Assembly: GCF_009914755.1 (NCBI RefSeq)
Contig: NC_060938.1
Length of the DNA stretch: 64,000 nucleotides
Reading direction: 5' to 3' (one strand)
Source: the human T2T-CHM13v2.0 reference genome, Homo sapiens
Shown here: in pieces, positions 1 to 16,536 of the stretch
Position numbering within the stretch: position 1 is the stretch's first letter
Layout of the letters: every line of letters starts with the position of its first letter
Translations under genes and position numbers: made by a program
The notes under the pieces: model-generated
The model's database searches: none
Told to the model about the DNA's origin: nothing
The model's input: only the letters and a program-made list of their open reading frames with translations

Positions 1-1549
1 CTTTTAAAATTGAGGCAACAGAATCATTTTTCCCTCTCATTGTATTTTTAATTTAAAATTGTTTCAACAACAATATGTAGATTGCCAGTTCAAGTTCTCA
101 GGTGTAAGAAGACTCACATTTCTTTGTTATACAATACAATATAAATATAAAGTAAAACATTATATTAAAATGAACGTTTTATAATATTTGGACATTAATA
201 TCTCAGCCTTTCATTAGCATATTATTTGAAGAAAGGCATTCACTTTTTCACAGGTTACTTCCTTGCTCCTGAAAATGATGATGTTCTATTTTCTACTATT
301 TGTGTCTAAAAATTTAAACAGGTTAGTATATCCTCTGCATAAATGCTGCAAAATACAATGTACAATAATTTTGTTAAAATTACTAAATGTTAGTAAAAAA
401 TTTGATTAGTTTTCTTAATAATTGTTTCCTTATTTTTCATATCTATATATACAATCATTCTAAAGTTAAGAACTGACTACTCTCTTGATAATGGAGAAAT
501 CTTTCAACACACAAAAACAAAATTTTTATTGTCTTTCAAATAGGTCCTGAGAAGAGGATTAGAAAAAGGCAACACATCAAAAAGTTAAGAGGCAGAAATA
601 GCTTTTATGTTGCTGGTAAATTTAATGAGATCTTAAGTTATTCGACTGGCAAGTCTCATCTCTTTGAGCATCTCAGTGAAGACTGTCAGAAATCATCAAA
701 ATTCAACACAACAGAGTAAAAGCTAATAGCCTTTTTGTTATACCAAAACTGAAAGGATTGGTAAGACTCAAAATGAATGCTATTACTGAAAATCTTCTTT
801 TATCTAATTCTTTGTGCAGTGAGTGAAATTGAACAAATACATATCCTTTTTATGGTGTTAAAATGAATTCTGACACTATTAAACAAATATTCTTTGGTCC
901 TAAGACCTCCTCAATACTTCTTTCACAAAAAGTATTATTAGAATAGCCTATGTGACTCTAGTTCATAATATTCTGGCTATCATTTGATTATTTTCTGTGA
1001 AATAAAAATGAAGCACTCTATTTTTTAAAAAATACTGTGTTTTGATGAAGAAGGAAGTTTTTGAGTGGTTATCACATTAGAGAAATTTTTATTGTAATCA
1101 ACCTTTGATAATTTCTGACATGATTAATATTTATCTTCTTTTCTAGATGTTCTTAAGTAACAAAAAGCAATAAAGATAAAATACAGGACATCAAAGATAT
1201 CACATACATTCATATATCTCAAGAAATGAAAGCAATGAAAGAGCTGTGGTATGATCCATATTTTTTGTTTGTTGACAACTAATGCAAAATTCCAAACAAT
1301 AATGAAGCAACTACAGATTTGGGGAAAATAATAAATCAGAAAGAGCAATTGAGAGAGCCTTTTTAGAAAAAAGTTTTCTCCTTTGGAATTATGTTACATT
1401 TTGAGTAATTATTATGATAGTCAACCATTAATTTATACATTTGTTTTTAATTTAACATATATTTTGAGTATTAAATATATCAGGCACTATTATAGGTGCT
1501 TGTGCTAATTAACAACCAGTTTTCTAGAATGTGTAAAGTGCCATAGAAA

Positions 1550-1693
1550 ATACCTCTTGGGTTCTATGCTCACTACCTGGATGATGGGTTCAGTCATACC
1601 CCAAACCTCAGCATCATGCAGTATACTCTGTAACAAACCCTCACATATATCCTCAAATCTAAAAGTTGAAATTTAAAAAAATAAAAATAAAAA
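1550..1693 (+). mobile_element. L1 3' end fragment (L1PB-type)
   Basis: L1 3'UTR terminus (…ccccaaacctcagcatcatgcagtatact…aaatctaaaagttgaaat) followed by an A-rich tail. Confidence 0.8.
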
Positions 1694-1920
1694 GCAAATG
1701 ATTATATTAAGTATATTAACTAAAACAAAACTAAGTGATTCTGTTTTAGAAAAAGAATTTAGAAATGAAGGGGAGTGGAGACTAGAATAACACTTATGGT
1801 GTTCAATCAGAATCAAAACTATCAATATATACTTAAGTTTACTTTTTTTCTACGTTAGATAGAAATTGAAAAGAATGTGTAGATATATAAATAGACCTAG
1901 ATGCACATGTTTGTGTGTGA

Positions 1921-2241
<321 letters not shown>

Positions 2242-2269
2242 GAATGTGTGTATATTTCTTAATTTTAAC

Positions 2270-3680
<1,411 letters not shown>

Positions 3681-3719
3681 GAAAAAGGATAGTATGGATC
3701 TTCTGAAGTATTGTGCTAA

Positions 3720-5100
3720 ATATAAAATTCATGGTCCATCCCTGAGGTCTTTTATATTACAGTGTTTAAGATATAAAATAAATGTAAAGAAAACCAAAGA
3801 ATGATCAATAGTGATGAAAGTTATCACTATTTCTGGATAAACCATGTTCTACAATAGCACATAACTGGTGATAGCTTGGAGTCATGCGAAGACCTCTCCA
3901 AGAAAATGAAATGTAAAGTGATGACTTAAATATGGAAAAGGAACCATTTGATTAACAAGCCAAACTATGAAGCTTCAAAGACAAGATGTTACCTTGTGCA
4001 AAACCCTGACATGGGGAAAAACTGTGTTTCAAGAGTGGAAAGAGCCCTGTCTCGTTAGGAGTGAGGGTCTTGAATGGTGCCTTTGATTGTAGACAGCAGA
4101 GCAGAGCTTTAGCATCCTGGAGATTTGTAATTGTACTCCACAAGTAACTAAAGGATTTAAGGCAAAGGAGGGAAAGAATCTTGCTTACATTACAAAAAAT
4201 AAAAAAGAAAAAGAAGAAACAAAAAAGAAAAAAATGTAATATATATTATTATTATTACATTGGTTTATAATAATTGGTTTATATCTAATTTGTTTCCCTG
4301 TGTTTATAATACATATATATCTCTGCCTCTTAAACCAAGAATAATTTTTACTGGGACAAGAATAAACACAAGGAAATGAATTAGAAAACTATTAAAGTGA
4401 AAGGACAAGAAGGTGGAGACCTTGTTCAAAATAATGAAATACATATTTAAGATATGTGCAAGTTTGAAGAAAACAGCTACTGATAGGGTTTTGGTGTATT
4501 AGATAAGATAAAATCAATGGGAACACCAGCTGAAGTAAACAAACAAACATACACACACAAACTGGGAAGCAGAGAAAATAACAAAACTCTACTTAAAACA
4601 TTATGAATTTCAGTTGTCTATAAAACAATCCACATTTGATATTAAGTAAGTAGATGACTATGCAAAGCTCTACCTCAGAGAAGATACCAAAATTGGAAAT
4701 ATTCTGAGATGCTATCATGTAACTGGCCTTTAAACCCATGAAAATGCTTGAGAACACGCGGGAAAAAGTGAGTAAGTAGAGAAAAAAGAAAGTACTCAGC
4801 TAAGTGGGTTGAAGACAGTACAGGAAATATTGAAGGAGACTGTCTATTGTTTGATTGATTTCTTTCAAAGAAAGAATACAAAGTAAGTTGATAACTGAAG
4901 GACAACGGTAGGTCAATGTAAACTTTTAACAAAAAGGGAATTATTCATTAATGAGAATGATAATACTAAAATGAGAGGGAGAGCTAAGGACAGAATTTAC
5001 TTAATATTGGGAGATCTTGTCAATTTAGCATAAGACATGTGGTAACTTTGTAGAAGGTTATTGTTATGAATGCTGTGGGAGTGAATGCATTGGGAAACTA
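3720..5100 (-). mobile_element. Degenerate L2 fragments
   Basis: Purine-rich patches typical of antisense L2; highly diverged. Confidence 0.4.
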
Positions 5101-5149
5101 AAATAGAATGTTTGGCACTGTTGAGTATCCTTTTAAGTTTTGTAATGAA

Positions 5150-5640
5150 TTGAAATCATGTTATTAGTTACAACGTGGATGAGCCTGGAGGACATTACGT
5201 TAAGTGAAATAAGACAGGCACAGAGAGAGAAAAACCACATGTTCTCACTTATATGTGGGAGGTAAAAATGAACTTATAAAAGTAACAAGTAGAATTGTAG
5301 TTATCAGAGGCTGGAAAGGATGGGAATAAGAAGAGGATGGAAAGAGGTTGGTAAGCAAAGTTAACTTTGTAACAAAGTTGTAGCTAGAAGGGAGGAATAG
5401 CTCTACTGTTCTGTAGCACTGTAGGGTGAATTAAGTTAACAATAATTTAGTGAATTTTTTTAAAAACGTACCAGACAGAATTCTGAATATTCACATCACA
5501 AGGAAATGACAAATGTACAAGGTGATAGATATGCTAATTACTCTGATTAGATTATTTCATATTGTATACATGTATCAAAATATCACTCTGTATCCCATAA
5601 ATACGTATAATTATGTGCCAACTAAAAATAAAAGAAAAAA
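5150..5640 (+). mobile_element. L1MA-type 3' end
   Basis: tggatgagcctggaggacattacgttaagtgaaataag… through …cccataaatacgtataattatgtgccaactaaaaataaaag. Confidence 0.9.
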
Positions 5641-7889
5641 TAGAATTCAAAATATAATCAATGTTCAACAAAAGCTTGTTAAATTAAGACAAAGAAGCTA
5701 TTGAAAATGATTTTTAATTCTGAATTTAAATTAAAATAATCTAGCTTAATTATGTCATTTCCCCCAAGAATTCTTAAGCTTTTTGGATGCTAGCCCATTA
5801 AAAAAAAAGAAAAAATTTGGAATCATATTGTTTACTCTAATAACCTAGTCTAAATCACGATTCTAGAGAGAAGTGGTAAAGACTCAAATTGTTATTATAT
5901 TAGAAACTTAGCCTTCTGAAGGCAATATTAGGGAAAAAGAACTCTAGGCCACAATGAGAATGAGAGTAGTTTAAACAGGAAAAGGAAGAATCAGAGAGAT
6001 TATTGAAAATGCCATCCACTAAGCATAATTCAAACAGAAGACAACATATATATATATATATATTTTTCACCTAGGATTAGTAAATCAAGAAAATTGTATT
6101 ACAATTTTATTGGAAGATGAGTTCTATAATATACTAAGTATAAAAAAAGAAGTAAAAGACTTGACATATACCATAATAAAATATTTAATAAGAACATATC
6201 TAGTAAGTACATAGAAATATATAAATAAAAACAGCTTTATTCAATAAGTATTTGTGACTATTATATATGTTATCTCATTTATCTTCACATTATTTTTGTA
6301 GGATAAATATTACTAATTTGATGTGTTGGTTGCAAAAAGGGTAATGTCACTAAAAGAAGTCAGATAGCCTGATTAAGGTTTTACATTCATTCATTGTGAC
6401 AAATATATAATGAGAACACAATTTCTCTTATTATATCAAACTACCTGCTAAACAACAAAAGGAGTTTGATGATTTAATTACATATACTTTATCTTAATTC
6501 CCAAAGTGTATTAATATGGAAGGGCATTCTTTGTTGGTACTTGATGAGGTTAGAATTAAGAATTTAAAACTTATTGTTATAAACATATACCTAATTTAAA
6601 TCATTTAAGTTATGATATATTAAGCTAATACATGCTTGAATTTGTTACTACTTTTGAAAAATTCTGTGTCTCCCCACACCTTCCTCATTCCACTTCGCTA
6701 GTTATTATGTTTCTTTTTTAATTTATGAAGATGGAATATAATGCCCAATTCATAATACTGTTTTTCAGGTACAAAGTTGGCATGGACAATACTGAAATAC
6801 ATGTGATGACATTTACAGTAGCAATTCAAATTAAAAGAGAAAAGCATCTTTCTAAACCATCTTCAAGTAAACAGTTGCCATTTATTTCTACTAGCAAATA
6901 TTTCTATGTATCCTAAAAATTAAAAGTGATATACATTGAGTAAGACTTTACAGTCCTCAGAATAGTATAATGGAAAAATATGTATTTGATATGTTTTCCT
7001 GCCATTTCACTATCTAGAAATTGTCCTAATCCTTAAAAGAGATCATTAGCTAGCCACTGAAATCTCAGGGGAAAAGCTGTTAAAACTGACAGCTACATTT
7101 TTTAACACTACACATATAGACATCTCAGAGTTTAAATACATTGGATTTGTAATCTCTCTGTTATTTAGAAGAGGTGCTGTATAGGTGAAGGACTCATTTT
7201 GTGAACCTTTCTTAGTATATCAGCTAATTTATTCTTAGAACATTTCTAGAGAAAGAAAAACAGCAAGAGATCATCAGAGAATAAAAAAAGGTATTATAAA
7301 TATGAGTTAAAATCATTTAAAGTAGCAGTTTATTTTTCAGAAAAGAATTTTAAGCCTCTACATATTTATGAAGAAGAATGGAAACTCTTGAACAACAGTC
7401 ATGAAAATTTAAAATACAGATCTGATAAAAAATTCCTCTGCCTGTTTTATCAAATGTGTTTAGATTGGAAATAAATAGGGAGTTTGTTTCATAGCTCCCC
7501 TGGTTGGAGGTAAAAAGTTTCTATTCCTTAGGAAATGGAATAAAATAAATTGGTTAAAAGAAGTTTTGAGATTCATTCGTCCATAGCATTCTAAAATAGG
7601 AATTAGCTTAGGTCATCAATGACCAAAATTATCTGAGTTTGGTGGAGATAAAAAAGCAAGACTGAAAGTTATATTTTTTTTCAAGCAATGTTTGAATGGA
7701 TAAAGTACAGAAGGAGAAAAATGGTTGCATTTCTATGCATTGAAAATGCTTATTTGGTTTTCTTTTAAGCTTGTTGTTTCAAATGGCCCACTTAAATTTA
7801 CTGACTCTATACCAAATAAATTAATCTCACTTTTCACACTGCTATCCCTCTAGTTTCTTGCCTCAATTTATTCCAGAATGACATTCTAC

Positions 7890-8010
7890 ATTTATTCAAT
7901 AAGTACTCAGAGGGATGCGTTATGTGCATGGCATTCAACTAACCATTAGTTGGACAAGACAAACTAAGTAAAGGATATCTTTCCTGCCTTCTTAAAGTTT
8001 GCAGTTTAAT
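7890..8010 (-). mobile_element. L2 3' end fragment
   Basis: tttattcaataagtactcag…ttcctgccttcttaaagtttgcagtttaat resembles an antisense L2 terminus. Confidence 0.5.
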
Positions 8011-8118
8011 TATCTTGATTTCAAGCCTCATTCTGTTACATTTTCACTAATTTTCCATATTTTTTCTAAGTCTCTGAAAAGTTTTGATAGTGAATTCCAT
8101 CACCTTTATATTAGCTAA

Positions 8119-8475
<357 letters not shown>

Positions 8476-9069
8476 TCAACCATGTTTTCAATTCTGAAAA
8501 CAACTAAGAAGTATATGACCGTTCTTACCTTCAAATAAATACAATTTTAGTCTAAATGATAAAAGGACTCTATATAGGTAAATTCATCATAAGTTAGGAA
8601 GTAGAAGTGGAATGAAAAGTTGAAAAAAAAGGCATAGTACATGAGTATGAAAGGATACAGAATTAAAACCCATCTAGAAGATTCAGTAAAATATATGGCT
8701 TCCTTTTTATCCAAATAATTTTAGAAACTTTCCTTCCAACTTCCACACTTCTATGGCATTCAATTCCCATCTTTATTTTATTTCATCTTATATTTTGTTT
8801 TACCTTCTGTCTTTACTTTCCCTTCTTGTTGAAGTAATTGTTTCCTAGAAACATAGATCTTCATAAGGTTTATTACTGATTTAACATCTAAAGTTATCAT
8901 ATAATATGAGCTAGATTATGTTATCTAGCAATTTATCAATTGCAAAAATTTCACCCAATTGTAATTTAGAAAAAGTGTCAAACCCCCTAATAAGTTGCAA
9001 GAATAACAAAACTAATATTCAAATACATGCAACTCAATCCATAATCCATGTTTGTGTGTGTGTGTGTAA

Positions 9070-9367
<298 letters not shown>

Positions 9368-9530
9368 TAAATTTTTTAACTTATTCAAAAATCAGTTGTA
9401 TACATCACTATAATTCACAGGGATAAGCAAATTATTTCTATAAAGAGCAATATAACAAATATTTTAGGAGTGTGTGTCTGTAAACTTCTGAGCTTATTCA
9501 AAAAGTAGTTGCAAACATTATTATGAGTCA

Positions 9531-9859
9531 CAGTGTCAGCAAAGTATTTATTTCTATAAAGGGTAAGACAGTAAATATTTTAGGCTTTGGGAACATTGTA
9601 GAAGTCTCTGCCACAACTGCTAAACCCTGTTGTAACAAGAAAGTAGACAATATGCAAACAAATGGCTGTGGCTACAATATTATCAACTTTATTCATAGAC
9701 ACAAATGTTATATTTTGTTAATTTTGTGTTACGGACTACTATTCTTCTGTTGATATTTTTGTATTATTCAAAAAATATAAAAACATTCTTAGCTGCAGGT
9801 TGTACAAAAACAGGCAATAGGACAGGTTCAGTATATGGGCTGAAGTCTGCTAAACCCTG
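9531..9859 (+). mobile_element. MER58 (MER58B-like) hAT-Charlie MITE
   Basis: cagtgtcagcaaa…tttctataaagggtaagacagtaaatattttaggctttg… ending tctgctaaaccctg (TIR-like ends). Confidence 0.8.
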
Positions 9860-10214
9860 TGGTTCAACTAGAAATATTACAGTATATAGCTGCTAATAGC
9901 AAGAGCAATGTCCTATTTATACACAAGAAAATTATCACGGGTGGAAATTATATTAAATACATTTTAATCATGCAAATTATACAGGAATGTAGTACTTTTG
10001 AAAAAATCAAACGATTACCAGTAAATCTATTGTGTGTTGGTTCATCCCCAGAAGGCCATTATTATCAGTGTGGTTTGCGTATTTCCAGACATTTTCCAAA
10101 GCAATCACATAAGTTCATTTTAAAAATGTATTCTCACATATTTTACTGATAAACCATTTAAAAGTAAATGTGCAAACAATAGTTCTGCAATTCATTCATT
10201 CTCTTTAATAAGAA

Positions 10215-10700
10215 ACATGCTGGAGACAAAGAAGGCAGGTTTTTTGGTAACCATATAACTGGCTAACCTCTTGGCAAACAAACTAAGAAGTTTCCAGGGA
10301 GGAATATCTTACCTACAGAATGCTTTTAGAAGAATGTATGTGCTGTGATTTCTTTTCTAGGGTTGTTTATAATAAAACCTAAATCTCTTTGACTCATGGG
10401 GCATAGTTTCCTGGACCATCTAAAGACAAAATGAGATATTTTGTGATCTAAATATCTCCTCTGTGTAAGTGAGATGACCGCACATCTTACTCAGAATCAT
10501 CATCTGTTATCCTTGTTCAAAGCATATCTGATGTGGGAGGAAAGGACCCAGGGATTCTCACAGTGCTATCTGACCTTACCTTGCTCCACCTGTACCTCAC
10601 AATAATTTTTATCCATAAAATTATTAGTTAAGTTTGCATAAGATCTCCGATGCATGTGAGTCTGATTTGATAATCTAATACTTTGTGTATTTTTAACCAC
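10215..10700 (+). mobile_element. Solo LTR related to the 5' LTR of the class III ERV at ~54.5-55.1 kb
   Basis: Collinear shared blocks with 54630-55111: aaagaag.caggt.tt.tggt, gaaaggacccagg, ttttatc..t.aaattatt, tgagtctgatttga.aat. Confidence 0.7.
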
Positions 10701-10789
10701 AATAATGTGTTTTTATTTTTCAATTTAATATGTATTGGAAATCTTAGTGATTCAACACATGTTAATCTTTATCATTTCTTTAACTCTTA

Positions 10790-12090
10790 GATATGTCATA
10801 TTTACTTAGCCATTTCTCTATTGGTGGACATTTAATCTATTTAATGGGCTTTTGACTATTTTTAAAAAGCTGTAATTGACATCCTATTGCATTTTATTGC
10901 ACATATGTTAGTATTTCGTAAGACAGATGATGAGTTAAGGAAAATTGTGCTTATAAGTTATTCACATTGTAAAATTTAATAGATATCAAAAATTTTCATC
11001 TAAAGTGGTCTTAAATTATAGATGTCAATTTGATATTATTAAACTTTGAATTATTTTGCTAAACCCATGGATTGAAAGTATAATTTTATGAAATCTTAGG
11101 TACCACAGGAAGAAGTATAAATTGATACAACTGATTTGAAAAAAAGTTAGTCTGTGATTAAATAAGTATCCACATATGTTTGCTCCTAAAATTCCTTGGA
11201 TAGTTATATGTTGTAGATAAACTTATGCATATAATTCTGAGAGCATATGTCCAAGTATTTTCATATTGACTTTGCTCCTAAGCACCCAAACTTTAAAATA
11301 ACACAAATGTATATAAGGAATAAAATAGAAAATTCTCATCTATATAAACAATCAAATATTATAGAGCAGTGAAAATAAATAAATTACAACCGCTTGCAAC
11401 AACAGGGCTGTCACTCATAAACATATGTTGAACAAAAGGAGTGTGGCACAAAATAATACAGAAAGAGGATTTCATAGTAATTATCAAAGCAGGCCAAAAA
11501 AAACTAAGGTATGTTGTTCAGAGATGCATACATGCTATACCTTTTTGAAGCACAGCAAAAAAATTATACATAAAACTTAGGGTGAGAGGAGCTTCTTTTA
11601 GGAAGGGACACTTGGGGGAGTCTGGGGCACTAATATAGTCTAATTCCTGGCCTAGTTTGGTTTACATGGGTTAGCTTTACAATCTGAATACATTTAAGCT
11701 TTACAGATGTCTTTGATTCATGCTTTTGCATCTCAAAATAAAAGGTTCTATTGTTTAAGTTTAATTTGTTTTACTTGATTATTGAAAAATTTAATTATTT
11801 TTAAAATTTTAATTAAATTAGTTTAAATAAATAATTAAGGTCTTTAGAACTAATCTCTTGATTCTTCCAGTAAGTACCTATTTTTACATTTTCCCACTTT
11901 TCTATTGAAATATTTTTATTTTTCTAAATTATTTATACATTTGCTTTGGTATACATAGTTTACATATTTTCTCATAGTAAAAAACATGTAGTAAAACTAT
12001 TTTGCTAGAAGTGAAGACTTTAAATTTAAGTTAGCCAAATTAATCAATTTTTTTCAAGGGTATTGATTTTTTAGTCTTGCTTAAAAAGGC
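10790..12090. mobile_element. Degenerate L1ME-type fragments in both orientations
   Basis: Antisense L1-like text at ~10800-11090 and ~11750-12090; sense L1 3'UTR-like text at ~11100-11745. Confidence 0.45.
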
Positions 12091-12719
12091 AAAAGGGAGG
12101 CATACATTAGGTAAATATATTGAGAATGGGAATTTGAATCAGAAAGAAAAGGCAGCGATCAGTTGGAAATATCTGAATACATATTGCCTAATGGGCATGT
12201 CCTCTCTCTGACAAAAAGCCTGATCTGACTGCAAATGAGGCAAATTGTGGCCTGTAGCAGCATGAACCTCCTTCTCTACCAAAGGATTGCTCAGTAATAA
12301 CAGTCTAGCAGAAACTCACCTTGAAAAAAAAATGTAGACAACATGAAAAAAAGAAAGAAAGGAAGAAAATCAACAGTCATTCAGAGAAGTGCCATCATTG
12401 TAAGTGCATAGGGTAAGATTTAAAATAACATAAAGCAAATGAAAGATGTATAAAATACAAAAGAAAGACAGCAGAGAGCAATAAAAAGAGTACTTCCAAA
12501 TAAGTAGAATTAATATTCTCAGGGGAATGCCAGAAGTTACTGCATCCATTAATAAAGAAGAAGAAAGCTAAAAATGAGATCATTGAAGTAATGATGGATA
12601 TATAATCTCTCAATAAATGATGATGAGTTGCATATATAGTAAAAAGAAGGCTGAAATATTTTTAAGCACACGCTTGCATACTAAAATAAATGAGGTCAAA
12701 TGAACAATACAAATACACT

Positions 12720-13182
12720 TCTTTTTGGACACCAACTTCTACTTGCACCTGCAGTTCTAGTCCTCTCTTTTCCACTACACTTTCTGATCTTCTTAGTATG
12801 AATTCCAACAAGAGGCTTCCTTTTCTTCTGACTGCTGAGTGAATTCAATGAGTTAAAGTGAATGATTTGTATTCTCAGGAAAGCAGAGAGCAAGATCAAG
12901 TATTTTTAACACTGGCTTCCCACGGGTGATTGGCTTTGTCCCTTAAGCTTAGGTGGTTGCTCTTTTCCTGATGAGTCTACTTTATCCTAAAGTTAGTAAA
13001 CTTGCTTTGCCACTGGCCCTTTCAAACTAGGGGTGATAAAAATCACTCTAACCAAAGGTTACTGCAGTCTCTTGTGTTCTTTCTCATCCCTTCAACAGCT
13101 TTGCAAAGAATCTCCAAACCCTCTCTGCATTATCCTTATTAAATTGCACTATCAGTTTCTTTATATGACCCCAACAAATACA
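12720..13182 (+). mobile_element. LTR33-type ERVL LTR
   Basis: 3' end …ctaggggtgataa…ttactgcagtctcttgtg…tgcactatcagtttc…gaccccaacaaataca resembles LTR33. Confidence 0.6.
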
Positions 13183-15816
13183 TGAATCTCCTAGTTAGGG
13201 AAGCTGATAGACTAAGAGTACTTTTCTTTCATGTTCAAAGCTAGAAGGTAAGTATTTTCTAATAATGTGAAGCAGCTGAAATGACAATTTGGGTTAGAGC
13301 TGTGCTGTGGACTACAGCTATTTGAAAGTACAGTTTTATTTTTATGACAGTTTGCTCTCTGCTGTCTGGGATATTTACATTTTCCTTTCCTATGGAGAAG
13401 GTCAGAGTATGATTGATTCAACATTAAAAATAACTTTAGATTGTTTAAAGTGAGGATGTTCTAAACGATAATATTTGTGAAGTCCTCTATTTTGATATTT
13501 TTCACTTAAGATCAGTGATTTAGAAATCAAGTGAAAATCTTGTTACCATTTGAATGAACATACTGATATTAATAAAATGATGAGTATTTTACATGATCAT
13601 CCAAGTTAGATTTTGACAGAATGCCTAGGGTCTTGGAGTAACCAGCTTTTGGCAATTCCTGGCTCTCTTTTTCATATTCAAATTTGTAAAGAAAGTAGAG
13701 AAGAGTAAATGTGTGTAGGTGTCTTCCTCCTGGAAGTAGGCACAAACTGCATGGAAAACCAACCAAAAAATGGTAACAGAAAAATATGATAATAATTTAT
13801 TTAAAAATAAAATTCTTAGACTTTGTCATAACTAAAAGACTATCTAGAATTGTGAATGAAGTAAGGACCCCAAATAAAGACGCATTTCTAATTCTTATAT
13901 TTCTGGCCCATGCGGCAAATATTGGGTATGCTAGATGGAAGAAAAGGTGTTCAATATATAACATCCTCTTCCATATCTCAGTTTTGATTCTATTAAAATT
14001 AATACAAGGAATATAGCAGAATACTGAGAAACAAACACATTTAGTCTGATATAGGGGATGCAGATGAACTTGATTTATATTCATGGCAGTTGAGCCTTCT
14101 AATATTGAATTCCAGAGTTAGTGCAGAAACAAAGAATGTGTGCTTTCTGTGAGTGATTCCTAAATAAAAAGAACAGAGGCATATGTTTTTAACAAGTACT
14201 TATGTGGGATTCATAAAATTAATTTTTATATTATCCTCTCCCCTATCAACAAATTGTTAGGGACACCATGTCCATGTTTTAAATGTTTATTAAAATTGCG
14301 TTGTATTTTAATCTCAACAATATCAATATAGATTTAATCCTCAGTCATGTATATCAACTTTTGTGAAAATTAATTTTATTTTCTTTCACTGGCATAAGTT
14401 TAATAGTTATTCAAAAAAAAAAAAAAAACTCCTGGATTTTTATTCCCCTGACTTTTTAAATGTTTAAAAGATGGCTGTTTCTTACCTTCATGTGATTAGG
14501 GGACTTTATGTTAAATTCTTGAGTTATGCTTTCTGCAGACTTTAGGTAGACAGAGTTTCACTGGTGAGGTAAATTTTTTTAAACTGTGAAATGCACAGAT
14601 CTAAAGTTTACAATTCAATAACTTTGGACAAATACAAAGACCCATATAATCAATACTGATTCAAGCTACAGGCATTTTCCTCACCTCAAAAATTCCTTCG
14701 TGCCTTTCCACTTAAATCTCATTCACACATCAAATCTTTAATCCATTCTTATTTTCATAACCATGGATTAGTTTTGCCTCTATTGGAATGTCATATAAAT
14801 GGAACTTTATGCCATGTAATTTTTTTTAAATTTGTTCAACATAATAAGAATAGATATTCAACTTTTTTATTTTATTCAATATAATATTTTATAGAGGCCC
14901 AGACATTTTGTTACACGTCAATATCTGATTTGTTGTTGTTGTTGTTAATTCTGAGTACTGTAGTGTCCACTGTATGAATATATACAATTCGTGTATCCAT
15001 TCCTTTATTGAAGGTTGTTTGGGTTGTTTCAAGGTTTAGTTTTAAGAATAAAACTGTTCTAATAAGTTTTGAATAAATCTTTATCGTGGCATCAGTTATT
15101 ATTTCTTTTGTGTACATAACAGAGAAAAAACTTACTGGGTCAAAGAAAAATATATTTTAAACTTTATAAGAAAATAATTAACTGTTCTCTGGAGTGTTTG
15201 CCCCATTTTACACTCTTAAGAAACAAAACGACTTCCAGTTGCTACATATCTATAATTTTTGGTATAGTCAGTATTTTAAAATTTCTTTAAATAATTTCTA
15301 GTGAATGTGCAATGGCTGTCATTGTCATGTATATTTGCATATTCCTAATGAATAATGATGTCCAGTGCCTGTTCATGTGACATTGCATATCTTCCTTTGT
15401 AAGATATTCAAGACCCATGCCTATTTGGGGAGAGGCTGTTAGACGTTTTATTACTGAATAGTATTACTTATTAAGATCTTCTAAGTCATTTGTATGTATT
15501 AAAAATAATTCCTCTGATTCTGTGTCCTGCCTTTTAATTTTTTTCAATGCTTTCTCTTGATGAGTAGAAAATCTTATTTTGAGGAAGCCCTATTTATATA
15601 ATTTTTTCCTTTACGGCTACATTTTCTGTTTGTTTTGTCTGAAATATTTTTGTCTCCCTAAAGATGTAATATTTTGCCTCCCTGAGATGCAAGATTGTTC
15701 TCTTATATGATTTATAGTATTAGTTTTTATATTTATGTTTCATATTTATGTTTATGAGCATCTCAAATTGGATTCATCACAAATTTGTAAATGATATGGG
15801 ATAAACATTGACGTTA

Positions 15817-15962
15817 GGCTAAGCATGATGACTCACATTTGTAACCCCAGTGCATTAGGAGACTGAAGAAGGAGGATTTCTTGAGCCCAGGAGTTCCACG
15901 CTGCAGTGAGCTATGATTGCACCACTCCAGCCTGGGCAACAGAAAAAGTTAGAAATAAAAAA
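15817..15962 (+). mobile_element. Alu monomer (FLAM/FRAM-like)
   Basis: ggctaagcatgatgactcac…ttgagcccaggagttc…gctgcagtgagctatgattgcaccactccagcctgggcaacag plus A-rich tail. Confidence 0.85.
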
Positions 15963-16536
15963 ATTAATTTGATTTTCATAAATTTATCTAGTTGTTTCAG
16001 ATTTGTTGTAAAAATATGTGTTTTCTATTGTCCTTTGTCTTCATAGAAAATCAGTTCATCATCTACGTTAAACATGAACATATTTATGGATGCTCCATTT
16101 TTTAACATGCAGCTTTAAAAATCTTAACATAATTTAATGTTACTTCTTTGATTATATTCTTTTCCAAGATTGGTTAAATTACCTATGTTACTTTGTATTT
16201 CTGCATATATATATACATCTTGACATCACATTGTTTATTTTTATTTTGCAGTAAAATCTGATGTGATTTTCATCAGAGTTGAAACACATTTGTAGATCAA
16301 TATAAGGTGGATGGATATCTTAATATAAATAACATATCAATAAGAACATGTATAGATCTACATTTTCTATTTTTTCTTAAAATTTCTCAATAATATTTTT
16401 AGCTTCTAGATAAAAGTCCTACGCATATTTTGTTGCCTTTATTCCTAAGAATTATATGCTTGTGATTATTCTATTGTGAATAGAATTTATTATTATGTTT
16501 TAATGATTCATTATTAGTATGCAACAACACATTTTA

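Noticed and set aside
255-320. Plus-strand exon-like unit (ttttcacag|…aacag|gttagt); similar weak units near 6769 and 45579
   Set aside because: No coherent ORF or exon chain; such sites are expected by chance in AT-rich DNA
3808-3831. Short inverted repeat aatagtgat…atcactatt
   Set aside because: A 9-bp AT-rich stem is expected by chance in 64 kb
7611-7624. GGTCA-tcaa-TGACC as an oestrogen response element
   Set aside because: The spacer is 4 nt rather than the canonical 3; isolated motif
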